A program made the translations under genes and the position numbers. From positions 1-39,802 of the forward strand of contig JBJLCA010000024.1 of the NCBI GenBank assembly GCA_045567915.1: 39,802 nt of DNA, in the 5' to 3' direction. Of this stretch, positions 1 to 10,671 are shown in pieces. This DNA comes from Candidatus Poseidoniales archaeon. GTDB taxonomy: Archaea > Thermoplasmatota > Poseidoniia > MGIII > CG-Epi1. Position 1 is the first letter of the stretch. Each line of letters starts with the position of its first letter. The notes beneath the pieces were generated by a model. The model was given only the letters and a program-made list of their open reading frames with translations. It was not told where the DNA came from and did not search any database.

Positions 1-1131
1 CTTTATTCAAAAATATTAGATAAAGTAGGTAATGAAAGAGATAAAGATGTTAAAGAATTCTTATTAAAATATTCAAAAAACTTTCCAGATATTTTCTTGA
101 ACGATCTATTATCTTTATCAAGCAAATTAGAAGGAAGTGAGTTTGAAACAGGAAAAATAATCATAAGACACGGAGTCAATATGAAATCCAAACTTTCCTT
201 AATTGACGATTTATTAAAATTTGATAGTAAATCTAGAACTAAACTTCTTGGATATTTACATTTACAATTATTTAAATCAAATAGGAATGAAGATTCAAAA
301 GCCCTTTCTAAGGCTCTTGAAACTGCAACAACCCAAGAATCATTGTTGTATCTTGTTAGAGTATGTAGTAAGCCTTCGGATATTGCTTTATTTGAAAAGC
401 ACATATTAGATACGTCACCTGAAGACAAATTATTTCTTTTAATTTCATTAACTTCTAGGGCTGACAGAAAAAATTTAAGTGAATTAGCAAAAAAACTTTA
501 TGATAAAGCAGAGGGGCAATACACAATGCTTCCAGAATCAGGAGTTAAGAATAAGCTAAGAATTAAGCTAGATTTAACTGCAGAACGCTTAGGAGGTATT
601 CATATTCCTTCAAAGGTTAAAAAAGTTAAGAATCTAAGCGAAATATCTGACAGCGGTAAGCATACTTTAGGTCTCTATAACACATATGGAGGAAATTGGA
701 ATCATCCACATTTCAAATCTATTTTCAAAGCTTCAAATTTATGCGCAGCTTTTAATCTAGATTTAGCTTTGATCAATTTTCCCGAAATATCTCCAGAAAA
801 ATTAGTAAAAGAGATTAAGAAAGAAATGAGATTGCCTAACGAAGGATATACTAAGGCATTATTTGACAAAAGTAGAGTACAATTTTTCAAGAAAGAGATA
901 AACGAAAATTGGTCAGGAAGTGTAGTTGCCACTACAGCTAATCCAGATACCTCTAAATCATCATTACCTGAAGGAAGATTGTGTATGGTAATGGGTTTAG
1001 GTCCGAAAGGCCTTCCTAAATCATTTGTCAATAAAACATCGTACCATTTTGAGTTAACTGGCACCAATGTAGCTTTTGAGACAGGAACAGCTATGGGTGC
1101 GATTTCATCACATCTTGGAATGATTAATTGA
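1..1131 (+). CDS. DUF531-family protein (predicted SPOUT-like RNA methyltransferase) with long N-terminal helical extension; 5'-truncated by window edge
   Basis: The frame is open from base 1 (LYSKILDKVG...), so the ORF-track start at 97 is probably not the true start. The C-terminal ~160 aa begin HTLGLYNTY...LCAAFNLDLALINFP and include VATT, MGLGPKGLP and FELTGTNVAFETGTAMGAI, matching archaeal DUF531 and a SPOUT knot. Confidence 0.75.
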   Translation, partial: LYSKILDKVGNERDKDVKEFLLKYSKNFPDIFLNDLLSLSSKLEGSEFETGKIIIRHGVNMKSKLSLIDDLLKFDSKSRTKLLGYLHLQLFKSNRNEDSKALSKALETATTQESLLYLVRVCSKPSDIALFEKHILDTSPEDKLFLLISLTSRADRKNLSELAKKLYDKAEGQYTMLPESGVKNKLRIKLDLTAERLGGIHIPSKVKKVKNLSEISDSGKHTLGLYNTYGGNWNHPHFKSIFKASNLCAAFNLDLALINFPEISPEKLVKEIKKEMRLPNEGYTKALFDKSRVQFFKKEINENWSGSVVATTANPDTSKSSLPEGRLCMVMGLGPKGLPKSFVNKTSYHFELTGTNVAFETGTAMGAISSHLGMIN

Positions 1132-1165
1132 AAATATTCAAATAATATGCCCTTCTAGGTATAAT

Positions 1166-1510
1166 ATGACCGATTGCCTTTTCTGTAAGATTAGAGATGG
1201 TGAAATACCAGGTGATATCGTTTTTGAGAATGATCATGTCATTGCTTTTAACGATATAAATCCCATAGCTCCAATACACATTCTAATAATCCCTAAAGTA
1301 CATATTTCTACACTTAATGATCTAAGTGATAGTCATACGCAAACCATGGGTGAAATTCTATTAGCTGCTAAAAAAATAGCTATTGAAAAAGGAATAGCAG
1401 AATCAGGATATAGGACGATTTTTAATTGTAACAAGGATGGACAACAAACAGTTTTCCATATACACATGCACCTGATAGCAGGTAGACAAATGACATGGCC
1501 ACCTGGTTAA
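1166..1510 (+). CDS. hinT: Histidine triad (HIT) nucleotide-binding protein, HinT/PKCI type
   Basis: DCLFCKI N-terminus, HIHMHLIAGR histidine triad and the WPPG C-terminus typical of HinT. Confidence 0.92.
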   Translation: MTDCLFCKIRDGEIPGDIVFENDHVIAFNDINPIAPIHILIIPKVHISTLNDLSDSHTQTMGEILLAAKKIAIEKGIAESGYRTIFNCNKDGQQTVFHIHMHLIAGRQMTWPPG

Positions 1511-1523
1511 AATTACAAATTTA

Positions 1524-2171
1524 CTATGCTTTCGTTAGCTTAATCATTCCAAATGGTTTCAGTAACTCCACCATTAATGAAAACTTTTTAATTCTTAGAG
1601 GTGCAGTTTTGAGCTTCACATCCTCTTTCCATAAGCCAGGTTGAGATATTGCAGTTATAGGGTCGTTTCTGCAATTACATCCGGTAGTCCACTGCCAAGG
1701 GAACTTAGCAGCCAATTGAAAGGCAGCACGAACTCCTATTCCATCACCCATATGTTCAATTAAGTATAATTTGCCATTTTTTTTAAGCATATTATGCGCT
1801 TCGCGAACAATATTGGCTGGATCAGGTACGCTGCACAGGAGAGTGCTAAATATTACGCAATCAAAAGAACCTGGTTTTTCATCTAAATCATGTAAATACC
1901 CTTCGAAAACTTTAGCACGATCTCCCATTACTTCCAGCATATTCCTACATTCTGGAGTTAATTTGTTGTCAGGTTCCACTGCAACCCATTTGGAAACTTC
2001 AGGTCTATTCAAGAAAAATACATTAACACCAATTCCAGCTCCAACTTCTAACACACGCCCTCGAACATCACTGAACAATTCTTCCTTTGCATCCTTTAGC
2101 ATTTTACTAGTATCTAGCAATATATTTCTTGATAATTTATCAAAGCGACCTAATTTAGGTTGATTGTTCAT
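1524..2171 (-). CDS. Class I SAM-dependent methyltransferase (Methyltransf_11, METTL7-like)
   Basis: Motif I VLEVGAGIG, then SFDCVIFSTLLCSVPD and GKLYLIEH, and a GC..RND motif like METTL7-type enzymes. Confidence 0.85.
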   Translation of the reverse strand: MNNQPKLGRFDKLSRNILLDTSKMLKDAKEELFSDVRGRVLEVGAGIGVNVFFLNRPEVSKWVAVEPDNKLTPECRNMLEVMGDRAKVFEGYLHDLDEKPGSFDCVIFSTLLCSVPDPANIVREAHNMLKKNGKLYLIEHMGDGIGVRAAFQLAAKFPWQWTTGCNCRNDPITAISQPGLWKEDVKLKTAPLRIKKFSLMVELLKPFGMIKLTKA

Positions 2172-2194
2172 TATTCAATATCTAAAATAGTAGT

Positions 2195-2207
2195 TATTAT
2201 AATTTTT
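2195..2207 (-). promoter_or_regulatory. Probable BRE/TATA promoter for a leaderless methyltransferase transcript
   Basis: Minus strand reads AAAAATTATAATA about 25-30 nt upstream of the ATG at 2171. Confidence 0.45.
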
Positions 2208-2208
2208 A

Positions 2209-2266
2209 GTACCAAAATTAGGGTACATACGCAAACCCTTTTACGGTTGAAGCCGACGACATTAGT
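2209..2266 (-). other. 3' arm of the 23S rRNA processing stem
   Basis: catacgcaaaccc (2226-2238) and gttgaagccgacg (2246-2258) are reverse complements of gggtttgcgtatg (5254-5266) and cgtcggcttcaac (5233-5245). gtaccaa (2209-2215) pairs with ttggtac (5279-5285). Confidence 0.85.
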
Positions 2267-5226
<2,960 letters not shown>

Positions 5227-5285
5227 TGTAGCCGTCGGCTTCAACATTCGTCCGGGTTTGCGTATGATCTGACAATCATTGGTAC
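5227..5285 (-). other. 5' arm of the 23S rRNA processing stem with relaxed bulge-helix-bulge-like site
   Basis: Inverted repeat of 2209-2266. RNA CCCG-GACG-AAU-GUUG pairs opposite CAAC-CGUA-AAA-GGG. Confidence 0.75.
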
Positions 5286-5422
5286 GTTTACCCTCACTGT
5301 TAGGAGGTAGACCTATGCCATCTTCCCCGGTCTTAATCTTCAAGATCGAGTGCACAATCTCCCTGAAATTGTCAAATATTAACTATTAGTCAACTACAAG
5401 GATTTGTCGGGAGAAAAAGGGG

Positions 5423-5438
5423 GTATATAATACTGCGC
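5423..5438 (-). promoter_or_regulatory. Archaeal promoter (TATA box) for the 23S rRNA transcript
   Basis: Minus strand GCGCAGTATTATATAC directly after the upstream gene's stop, implying a start near 5400 and a ~170-nt leader. Confidence 0.6.
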
Positions 5439-5443
5439 AAGAA

Positions 5444-6127
5444 TTAGATTTCTTTTTGCAATATTTGTATGATTTCATTAGCAGAATTCGCTTCTAATAC
5501 ACTTTGTTGATTTTCAAGTGATAAGCTACACATTGATGTTAAAGTGTACAAATCTTGCACATTTGCAGATTCTAATTTTAGCCCACTGCTAACAACAAAA
5601 TCTGTAAAATTTTCAAATTCAATCCCCATGTTACTCGCAATTTCAATAATTCTAAGTTCTAGTTTACCTAACATAAAATTCCAATCTTTTAAGTTAACAT
5701 CATCTTGAATTTCATCTAAATAAGTGACATTAGCTTGGAAGTAAAGAGCCTCACCAGATGATTTTTGCATCATTGTTTTCATAGAAGGCATATCTGGAGG
5801 AAAATATTCAACAGGCTTCTCAATAGAAGGAGAGATTAAGCGGTCTATTGAGAAACGTTTTTTACCCAAAATTTCAATATAATAATTACTACCAGTTAAA
5901 TCCAAGTCTTCACATTTTACGATGTAAACTAAAGTTCCGGTTTTAACCGGGCAAGCCCATCCTCCCTCGGTTTTTTGCCCATCTAATATATTGATTCCGA
6001 ACACTCGATTTGAGCTCATACAGTCATCTAGCATTTGTCTGTATCTAGGTTCAAATATTTTCAATGGGACATTTTGATTAGGATACAATACTACATCTAT
6101 AGGGAAAATAGGAATGGGTTCAGACAT
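5444..6127 (-). CDS. Lon protease N-terminal substrate-binding domain protein (no ATPase or protease domain)
   Basis: IPIFPIDVVLYP...LKIFEPRYRQM...C...FG signature of stand-alone LON_substr_bdg proteins. Start overlaps the pdxH stop (TAATG). Confidence 0.85.
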   Translation of the reverse strand: MSEPIPIFPIDVVLYPNQNVPLKIFEPRYRQMLDDCMSSNRVFGINILDGQKTEGGWACPVKTGTLVYIVKCEDLDLTGSNYYIEILGKKRFSIDRLISPSIEKPVEYFPPDMPSMKTMMQKSSGEALYFQANVTYLDEIQDDVNLKDWNFMLGKLELRIIEIASNMGIEFENFTDFVVSSGLKLESANVQDLYTLTSMCSLSLENQQSVLEANSANEIIQILQKEI

Positions 6128-6765
6128 TATGGCGCTAACCTTTCAATTTTCCATGTAGTTCCATGTCTCGTATAAACAAACCGATCATGCATTCTATCTC
6201 TTCTACCTTGCCAAAATTCAATTTCTTTGTGTTCAAGTCTGTAGCCACCCCAGTAATCTGGCATTGGAATTTCTTTATCTTCATATTTATCTTCATATTT
6301 TTTGAAAAGTAGTTCGAGTTCAGCCCTATTTTCCACAGTGGTACTCTGTTTTGAAGCCAAAACCGATATTTGACTTAATCTAGGCCTGCTTGCAAAATAT
6401 TTTTTAGACTTATCTGGCGATATTCTTCGAATTTTCCCTCTAATTCGAATTTGTCTTTCCAAGGGATGCCAATTAAAGGTTAAAGACCCATAAGGGTTTG
6501 ATTCTATTTGGACTCCCTTTGTGCTTTCATAGTTAGTGTAAAAAGTAAAACCTTTTTCATCATATTCTTTCAAAAGCACAATTCTACTTGTTGGTTTTCC
6601 ACCATTACTTGCAGTAGCTAAAGTCATCGCGTTAGGTTCCAATGTGTCAAATTCTTCGATTTTCTCAAACCAGTTGCGAAACATTTCAGTTGGAGATTCT
6701 AATAGATCTTTTCTGTCTAATCCTGAAATGTCATATTGTTTGCGCATTTCTTCTAAGCTGACCAT
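6127..6765 (-). CDS. pdxH: Pyridoxamine 5'-phosphate oxidase
   Basis: PNAMTLAT, SRIVLLK, FYTNYESTKG, RQIRIRG, YFASRP, WGGYRL, EFWQGRRDRMHDR. Confidence 0.95.
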   Translation of the reverse strand: MVSLEEMRKQYDISGLDRKDLLESPTEMFRNWFEKIEEFDTLEPNAMTLATASNGGKPTSRIVLLKEYDEKGFTFYTNYESTKGVQIESNPYGSLTFNWHPLERQIRIRGKIRRISPDKSKKYFASRPRLSQISVLASKQSTTVENRAELELLFKKYEDKYEDKEIPMPDYWGGYRLEHKEIEFWQGRRDRMHDRFVYTRHGTTWKIERLAP

Positions 6766-6847
6766 TCACTATAAGATGTAGATTGACATTTAATAAAGAT
6801 GTGTTGCTTTCTAAATATTTTAAATATATGCTGTGCAAATGCTTGTT

Positions 6848-7333
6848 ATGGAATCACTACAACCTTACCCTTTCAAGGGTTTCTGGATTAGAGCTGTAGC
6901 TTCAATTATTGACGGGATAATTTTGTTAATTTTAGTTTTATTATTAGCTGGTATAAGCTTAGTCATATTTGGTGCAGCATTAGGAGAGGGTGCAGGATTC
7001 GGCATGTTCCTTCTTGTTTTTCTTCTAGCGGCTTTAGCAACGATTCTTTACAAGCCAATAATGGAAGCTTCTGAATATCAAGGCACATTTGGTAAATATG
7101 CATTAGGAATGAAAGTTATTGATAAAAATGGGCAAAAAATAACTATGACCTCTTCATTTGTTCGAACAATTCTTTACATAATTGGAGCTCAAGCTTTTTT
7201 GCTTTGTTTAGGAGTAGTAATGATAGGTTTTACAGAATATAAACAAGGTTTGCATGATATTCTTGCTAACACTTATGTCGTTACCAATCATTGGGAAGGG
7301 CCAGTTCCTTTAGAAGATAATTTTGGTGCTTAA
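6848..7333 (+). CDS. RDD family membrane protein
   Basis: GFWIRAVASIIDG, QGTFGKYALGMKV, KQGLHDILANTYVV. ATG at 6848 chosen because a TATA (~6818-6826) lies at leaderless spacing. Confidence 0.88.
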   Translation: MESLQPYPFKGFWIRAVASIIDGIILLILVLLLAGISLVIFGAALGEGAGFGMFLLVFLLAALATILYKPIMEASEYQGTFGKYALGMKVIDKNGQKITMTSSFVRTILYIIGAQAFLLCLGVVMIGFTEYKQGLHDILANTYVVTNHWEGPVPLEDNFGA

Positions 7334-7684
7334 ATGTCTTTAAAACACAATGATGAACAGAAATGGGCGCTTGGCACCCTAGCGATATTTGGAATTTTAA
7401 TTCTATTTGCAGGCCTTTCCGATTTCACCGAAATAGGTATTGCAATTTCAACGTTCTTAATCAGTTGGTTGGCAGTCAGTTATTCAATTAGAAGATTTGG
7501 AAAGGGAGGCACTTCAAATGAAGAGATACAGAAAGAAATGCAAATTTTTTCAATTCTTTTACTTGTAGTACTATTATTGATAACTTTGGTAGGTGTCAAC
7601 GAGTATAGCGATTATGCGTTTGTTACTTTTGGATTCACAATTACTTGGATTATAAGAAGTTCAGCAATTAAATATTTTAGTTAA
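7334..7684 (+). CDS. Hypothetical 4-TM membrane protein
   Basis: Four hydrophobic segments. Abuts the RDD stop codon. Confidence 0.7.
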   Translation: MSLKHNDEQKWALGTLAIFGILILFAGLSDFTEIGIAISTFLISWLAVSYSIRRFGKGGTSNEEIQKEMQIFSILLLVVLLLITLVGVNEYSDYAFVTFGFTITWIIRSSAIKYFS

Positions 7685-7686
7685 AA

Positions 7687-8265
7687 TTAATTCGCGTTCC
7701 GACCATCAAGTGCAGAAATTACTATTGCTAATCCAGCTATAAATTTACGGTTAAAATTATTTTCAGGCGGAATATTAACGATTAATTTTTTAATAATCGG
7801 ATTGAATTTTTGACGCATAGTAATAGGTTTTTCATTTCCCATGGTGTGAAGCGTATATTTTTTAGGTAGAATTCCTAATAAAACTCTTCGAGCGATGGCT
7901 TGAGCAAGACTATCTTCTAACAACATTCCAATATCATTGCCATCTGCGTCAAGAACTTGCCATTTAGTTCTAAGAATGGATTTCCAAAATTTTCTTCTTA
8001 CAGTTCCTAATAAAACTCCTGCTTTAGGATCAAATATATCGAATCCTCCCCATGCATCTACTAAGTTTCTTTGCTTGATAACCAACCATTCGTTGTTTTT
8101 ACTTTCGTCATCATAAAGTCTGATGTCCTCTTTAATTCTAAATCGTTTTTGCTCACAAAATCCGTACAATTGATCATTTTCATCCATAATGTGAAATTTA
8201 TTTCCAAATATTTTCAAAAATTTTTCACGAATTAGATATTGATTTAGCTCAGTCAATTTAGCCAT
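7687..8265 (-). CDS. LURP-one/scramblase (tubby C-terminal-like) family protein
   Basis: YLIREKFLKIFGNKFHIMD...QKRFRIKEDIRLYDD...GTVRRKFWKSILR pattern of LOR/scramblase-like beta proteins. Confidence 0.7.
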   Translation of the reverse strand: MAKLTELNQYLIREKFLKIFGNKFHIMDENDQLYGFCEQKRFRIKEDIRLYDDESKNNEWLVIKQRNLVDAWGGFDIFDPKAGVLLGTVRRKFWKSILRTKWQVLDADGNDIGMLLEDSLAQAIARRVLLGILPKKYTLHTMGNEKPITMRQKFNPIIKKLIVNIPPENNFNRKFIAGLAIVISALDGRNAN

Positions 8266-8353
8266 ATTTCAATAATTACAGACTAGTTATAAAATTATTA
8301 TTCAAAATCTTTTTTTGAAAATACTTTAAATAAAGTACAACTTAATCTAATTT

Positions 8354-8587
8354 ATGGCAGATGATAATGAAATGCAAGATTTTACAGGATATCAGAAAGC
8401 TCGAATACTTCCATTGAATAAAGCTGAAGAATCTTTGCTTCCTGGCTGGGCAAATACTCCTCAAATGGCAGTTTTAATGCTTAATTTGACAATTATTTTG
8501 TTGGGATTAATAGTTAGTTTAACTGTTTCAGATGTGGCCTCTGGAGAGGGCAATAGTACAATTTTATCATTTTTTGGTAAATGTTAG
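8354..8587 (+). CDS. Small hypothetical single-TM protein
   Basis: 77 aa with one hydrophobic span. TATA (tttaaata ~8325) upstream. Abuts the next ATG. Confidence 0.6.
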   Translation: MADDNEMQDFTGYQKARILPLNKAEESLLPGWANTPQMAVLMLNLTIILLGLIVSLTVSDVASGEGNSTILSFFGKC

Positions 8588-8968
8588 ATGGTTAAGTTTG
8601 ATGACTTAGATATATCAATACTATCTTTTGTTGCAGACCATCCTAGCTGTACAGTTACTGACTGTGCTAAATCTCTTTTTAATCCTAATAATACAGAAGA
8701 TTTGCAAAGGAAAGATTCAATGTTAAGGCACAGGTTCAAATCTCTGTCATCAGAAAAATATTTACTAGAAACAAAAAATAATAATCATAGTGTTTTTAGG
8801 ATAGATAACAATCTAATTCATTTTGGACCTGAGTTACGTTTTATGAATATAGGCGGAGAAAAATTTATACATAAAGATTTAGTAAAAGATTATTGCATTT
8901 TAGTATATACTGAAGATGGAGTGATAATTAAATCTTTAGACAAGCTTGAGAAAAAGTATTTGTCATAA
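8588..8968 (+). CDS. Putative winged helix-turn-helix DNA-binding protein
   Basis: DDLDISILSFVADHPSCTVTDCAKSL...LRHRFKSL...YLL resembles wHTH helices followed by a wing. Confidence 0.55.
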   Translation: MVKFDDLDISILSFVADHPSCTVTDCAKSLFNPNNTEDLQRKDSMLRHRFKSLSSEKYLLETKNNNHSVFRIDNNLIHFGPELRFMNIGGEKFIHKDLVKDYCILVYTEDGVIIKSLDKLEKKYLS

Positions 8969-9014
8969 TTTTTTTTTGAAGACTCCTTATATATGGCCCT
9001 GTTATCTTTAATGC

Positions 9015-9476
9015 ATGGCAGATGAATTATTTGGCAGTGAGCTAGGATTAGCTTTTGTAATTGTGGGAGTGCTTTTGTTTGTTGTTGAAGTATTTCAACC
9101 AGGATTTTTGATTGCAGTTCCAGCTACAGTTTTCATAGCATTGGGAATTTTACTTTCATTCAATGTCGTCGATGGTTTACTGCTTTTACCAATTGGGTTA
9201 GCAGTAGGTTTAGGCTCTTTGTATGGAACAATGATGCTCTACCAGTCTTTAGCACCTCCAGACACGCCTAGCGAAATGAGTATTGAACGCAAAGTTGGAG
9301 AAAAAGGAATCGTTACCAAAGAGGTCGTTGCAAATGATAGAATTGGTAAAGTTAAAATTAGTATGGAAGAATTTAGAGCTACATCAGATCAGAATATACC
9401 AGTAGGTACTAAAGTTGAAGTTACAGATGCAGAAGGAATCACAGTTACAGTAATACCTTTAGAAGGAGAGGAATAA
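9015..9476 (+). CDS. nfeD: NfeD-like (short, YbbJ-type) membrane protein with C-terminal OB fold
   Basis: LFVVEVFQPGF TM region and VGEKGIV...GKVKISMEEFRA...IPVGTKVEVTDAEGITVTV OB domain. Directly upstream of an SPFH gene. Confidence 0.9.
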   Translation: MADELFGSELGLAFVIVGVLLFVVEVFQPGFLIAVPATVFIALGILLSFNVVDGLLLLPIGLAVGLGSLYGTMMLYQSLAPPDTPSEMSIERKVGEKGIVTKEVVANDRIGKVKISMEEFRATSDQNIPVGTKVEVTDAEGITVTVIPLEGEE

Positions 9477-9478
9477 AA

Positions 9479-10630
9479 ATGATAGGAGAAATAATATTCT
9501 TACTGTTAATTCTTGGAGCAGTATTAGTTGTTGTTTTAATGACAACTATTGTTCAAGTTGAGCAGTACGAATCAGGAGTCGCGCTACGATTGGGTAAGTT
9601 CCACACAATGCTCAATCCAGGATGGAATTTTGTTATTCCATTGATTACAAAAGTTTTCAAAGTAGATTTACGTATTCAAGTTCTTGATGTTCCACGTCAA
9701 GAAGTTATTACTAAAGATAATTCACCTACAATGGTGGATGCAGTCGTTTACTATAGAGTTGCAGATGCTAAAAAAGCAGTACTCAATGTCGCAAATTACA
9801 GGGCAGCTATAGTCAATATGGCACAAACTACACTCAGAGGCGTAGTTGGAGATATGGAATTGGATGAAATTTTCTCAAGCAGAGATAAAATTAATGCAAT
9901 TCTTAGAGATAAATTAGATATTGAAACAGACCCTTGGGGTGTTAAAGTAGATAATGTGGAAATCAGAGAAGTAGATCCTTCTCCAAATGTTAAAGCAGCA
10001 ATGGAGGAGCAGACCTCAGCAGAACGTGAAAGACGTGCAGCTATTTTGAAAGCAGACGGTGAAAAGAGATCAGCAATTCTTTCAGCAGAAGGTGAAAAAC
10101 AATCTAGAATTTTAACTGCAGAAGGAGACAAACAATCACGCATTCTAGCAGCAGAAGGTGTAAGACAATCTAAAGTATTAGAAGCTCAAGGTCAACGTTC
10201 ACAAACTATTCTAGAAAAGCAAGGGGAAGCCCAAGGTTTGAGAATTACAGCCATGGGAGCATCAGCATTAGATTCAAAAGCATTAACTGTTTTGAGTTTA
10301 GATTCCTTGAAAGAAATTGGAGCAGGAGCTTCTACAAAGTTTGTACTTCCATTTGAGTTAACAAAATTATTCGAAGGTGCAGCAGATTATGTAGGTTATG
10401 CGCGCAAAGCTCCAGATAGACAATTATCTGAAGTAAAAGATATTGAAAAGGCACTTGGTAAATCTGAAGATGTTCTCGGAACTATTCCTACAGCTGACGA
10501 AATGCAAGCTGAGTTAGATGCAATCAAAGAAGAAGCTGATGAGGCACTTCAGCAAGTTGTAGACGAAGGAATCAAGGATCAGATGACGGCTTCACAGCCA
10601 CCTAAAGAGCTTAAAGAACCTGAAGCATAA
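9479..10630 (+). CDS. SPFH/band 7 stomatin-like membrane protein (QmcA-like)
   Basis: N-terminal TM, RLGKF..LNPG, VPRQEVITKDN, AQTTLRGVVG, WGVKV, followed by AEG repeats. Confidence 0.95.
   Translation: MIGEIIFLLLILGAVLVVVLMTTIVQVEQYESGVALRLGKFHTMLNPGWNFVIPLITKVFKVDLRIQVLDVPRQEVITKDNSPTMVDAVVYYRVADAKKAVLNVANYRAAIVNMAQTTLRGVVGDMELDEIFSSRDKINAILRDKLDIETDPWGVKVDNVEIREVDPSPNVKAAMEEQTSAERERRAAILKADGEKRSAILSAEGEKQSRILTAEGDKQSRILAAEGVRQSKVLEAQGQRSQTILEKQGEAQGLRITAMGASALDSKALTVLSLDSLKEIGAGASTKFVLPFELTKLFEGAADYVGYARKAPDRQLSEVKDIEKALGKSEDVLGTIPTADEMQAELDAIKEEADEALQQVVDEGIKDQMTASQPPKELKEPEA
10040..10240 (+). repeat. Six degenerate 11-aa (33-bp) coiled-coil repeats within the SPFH gene
   Basis: AILKADGEKRS / AILSAEGEKQS / RILTAEGDKQS / RILAAEGVRQS / KVLEAQGQRSQ / TILEKQGEAQG. 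DNA gcagaagg..aaacaatc recurs. Confidence 0.8.
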
Positions 10631-10671
10631 GAAAAGAATCCAATATATAGGAGCCAATTTGGCAAGATATA

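Noticed and set aside
1524-2171. Methyltransferase directly downstream of 23S as a co-transcribed rRNA-modifying enzyme
   Set aside because: It has its own TATA at leaderless spacing and resembles small-molecule METTL7-like enzymes. Adjacency alone is not evidence.
5286-5400. Possible tRNA-Ala in the 23S leader
   Set aside because: No T-loop (GTTCRA) motif or cloverleaf found on either strand.
10040-10240. 33-bp periodic repeats as a CRISPR array
   Set aside because: They are in-frame, degenerate and lack spacers. They encode the SPFH coiled coil.
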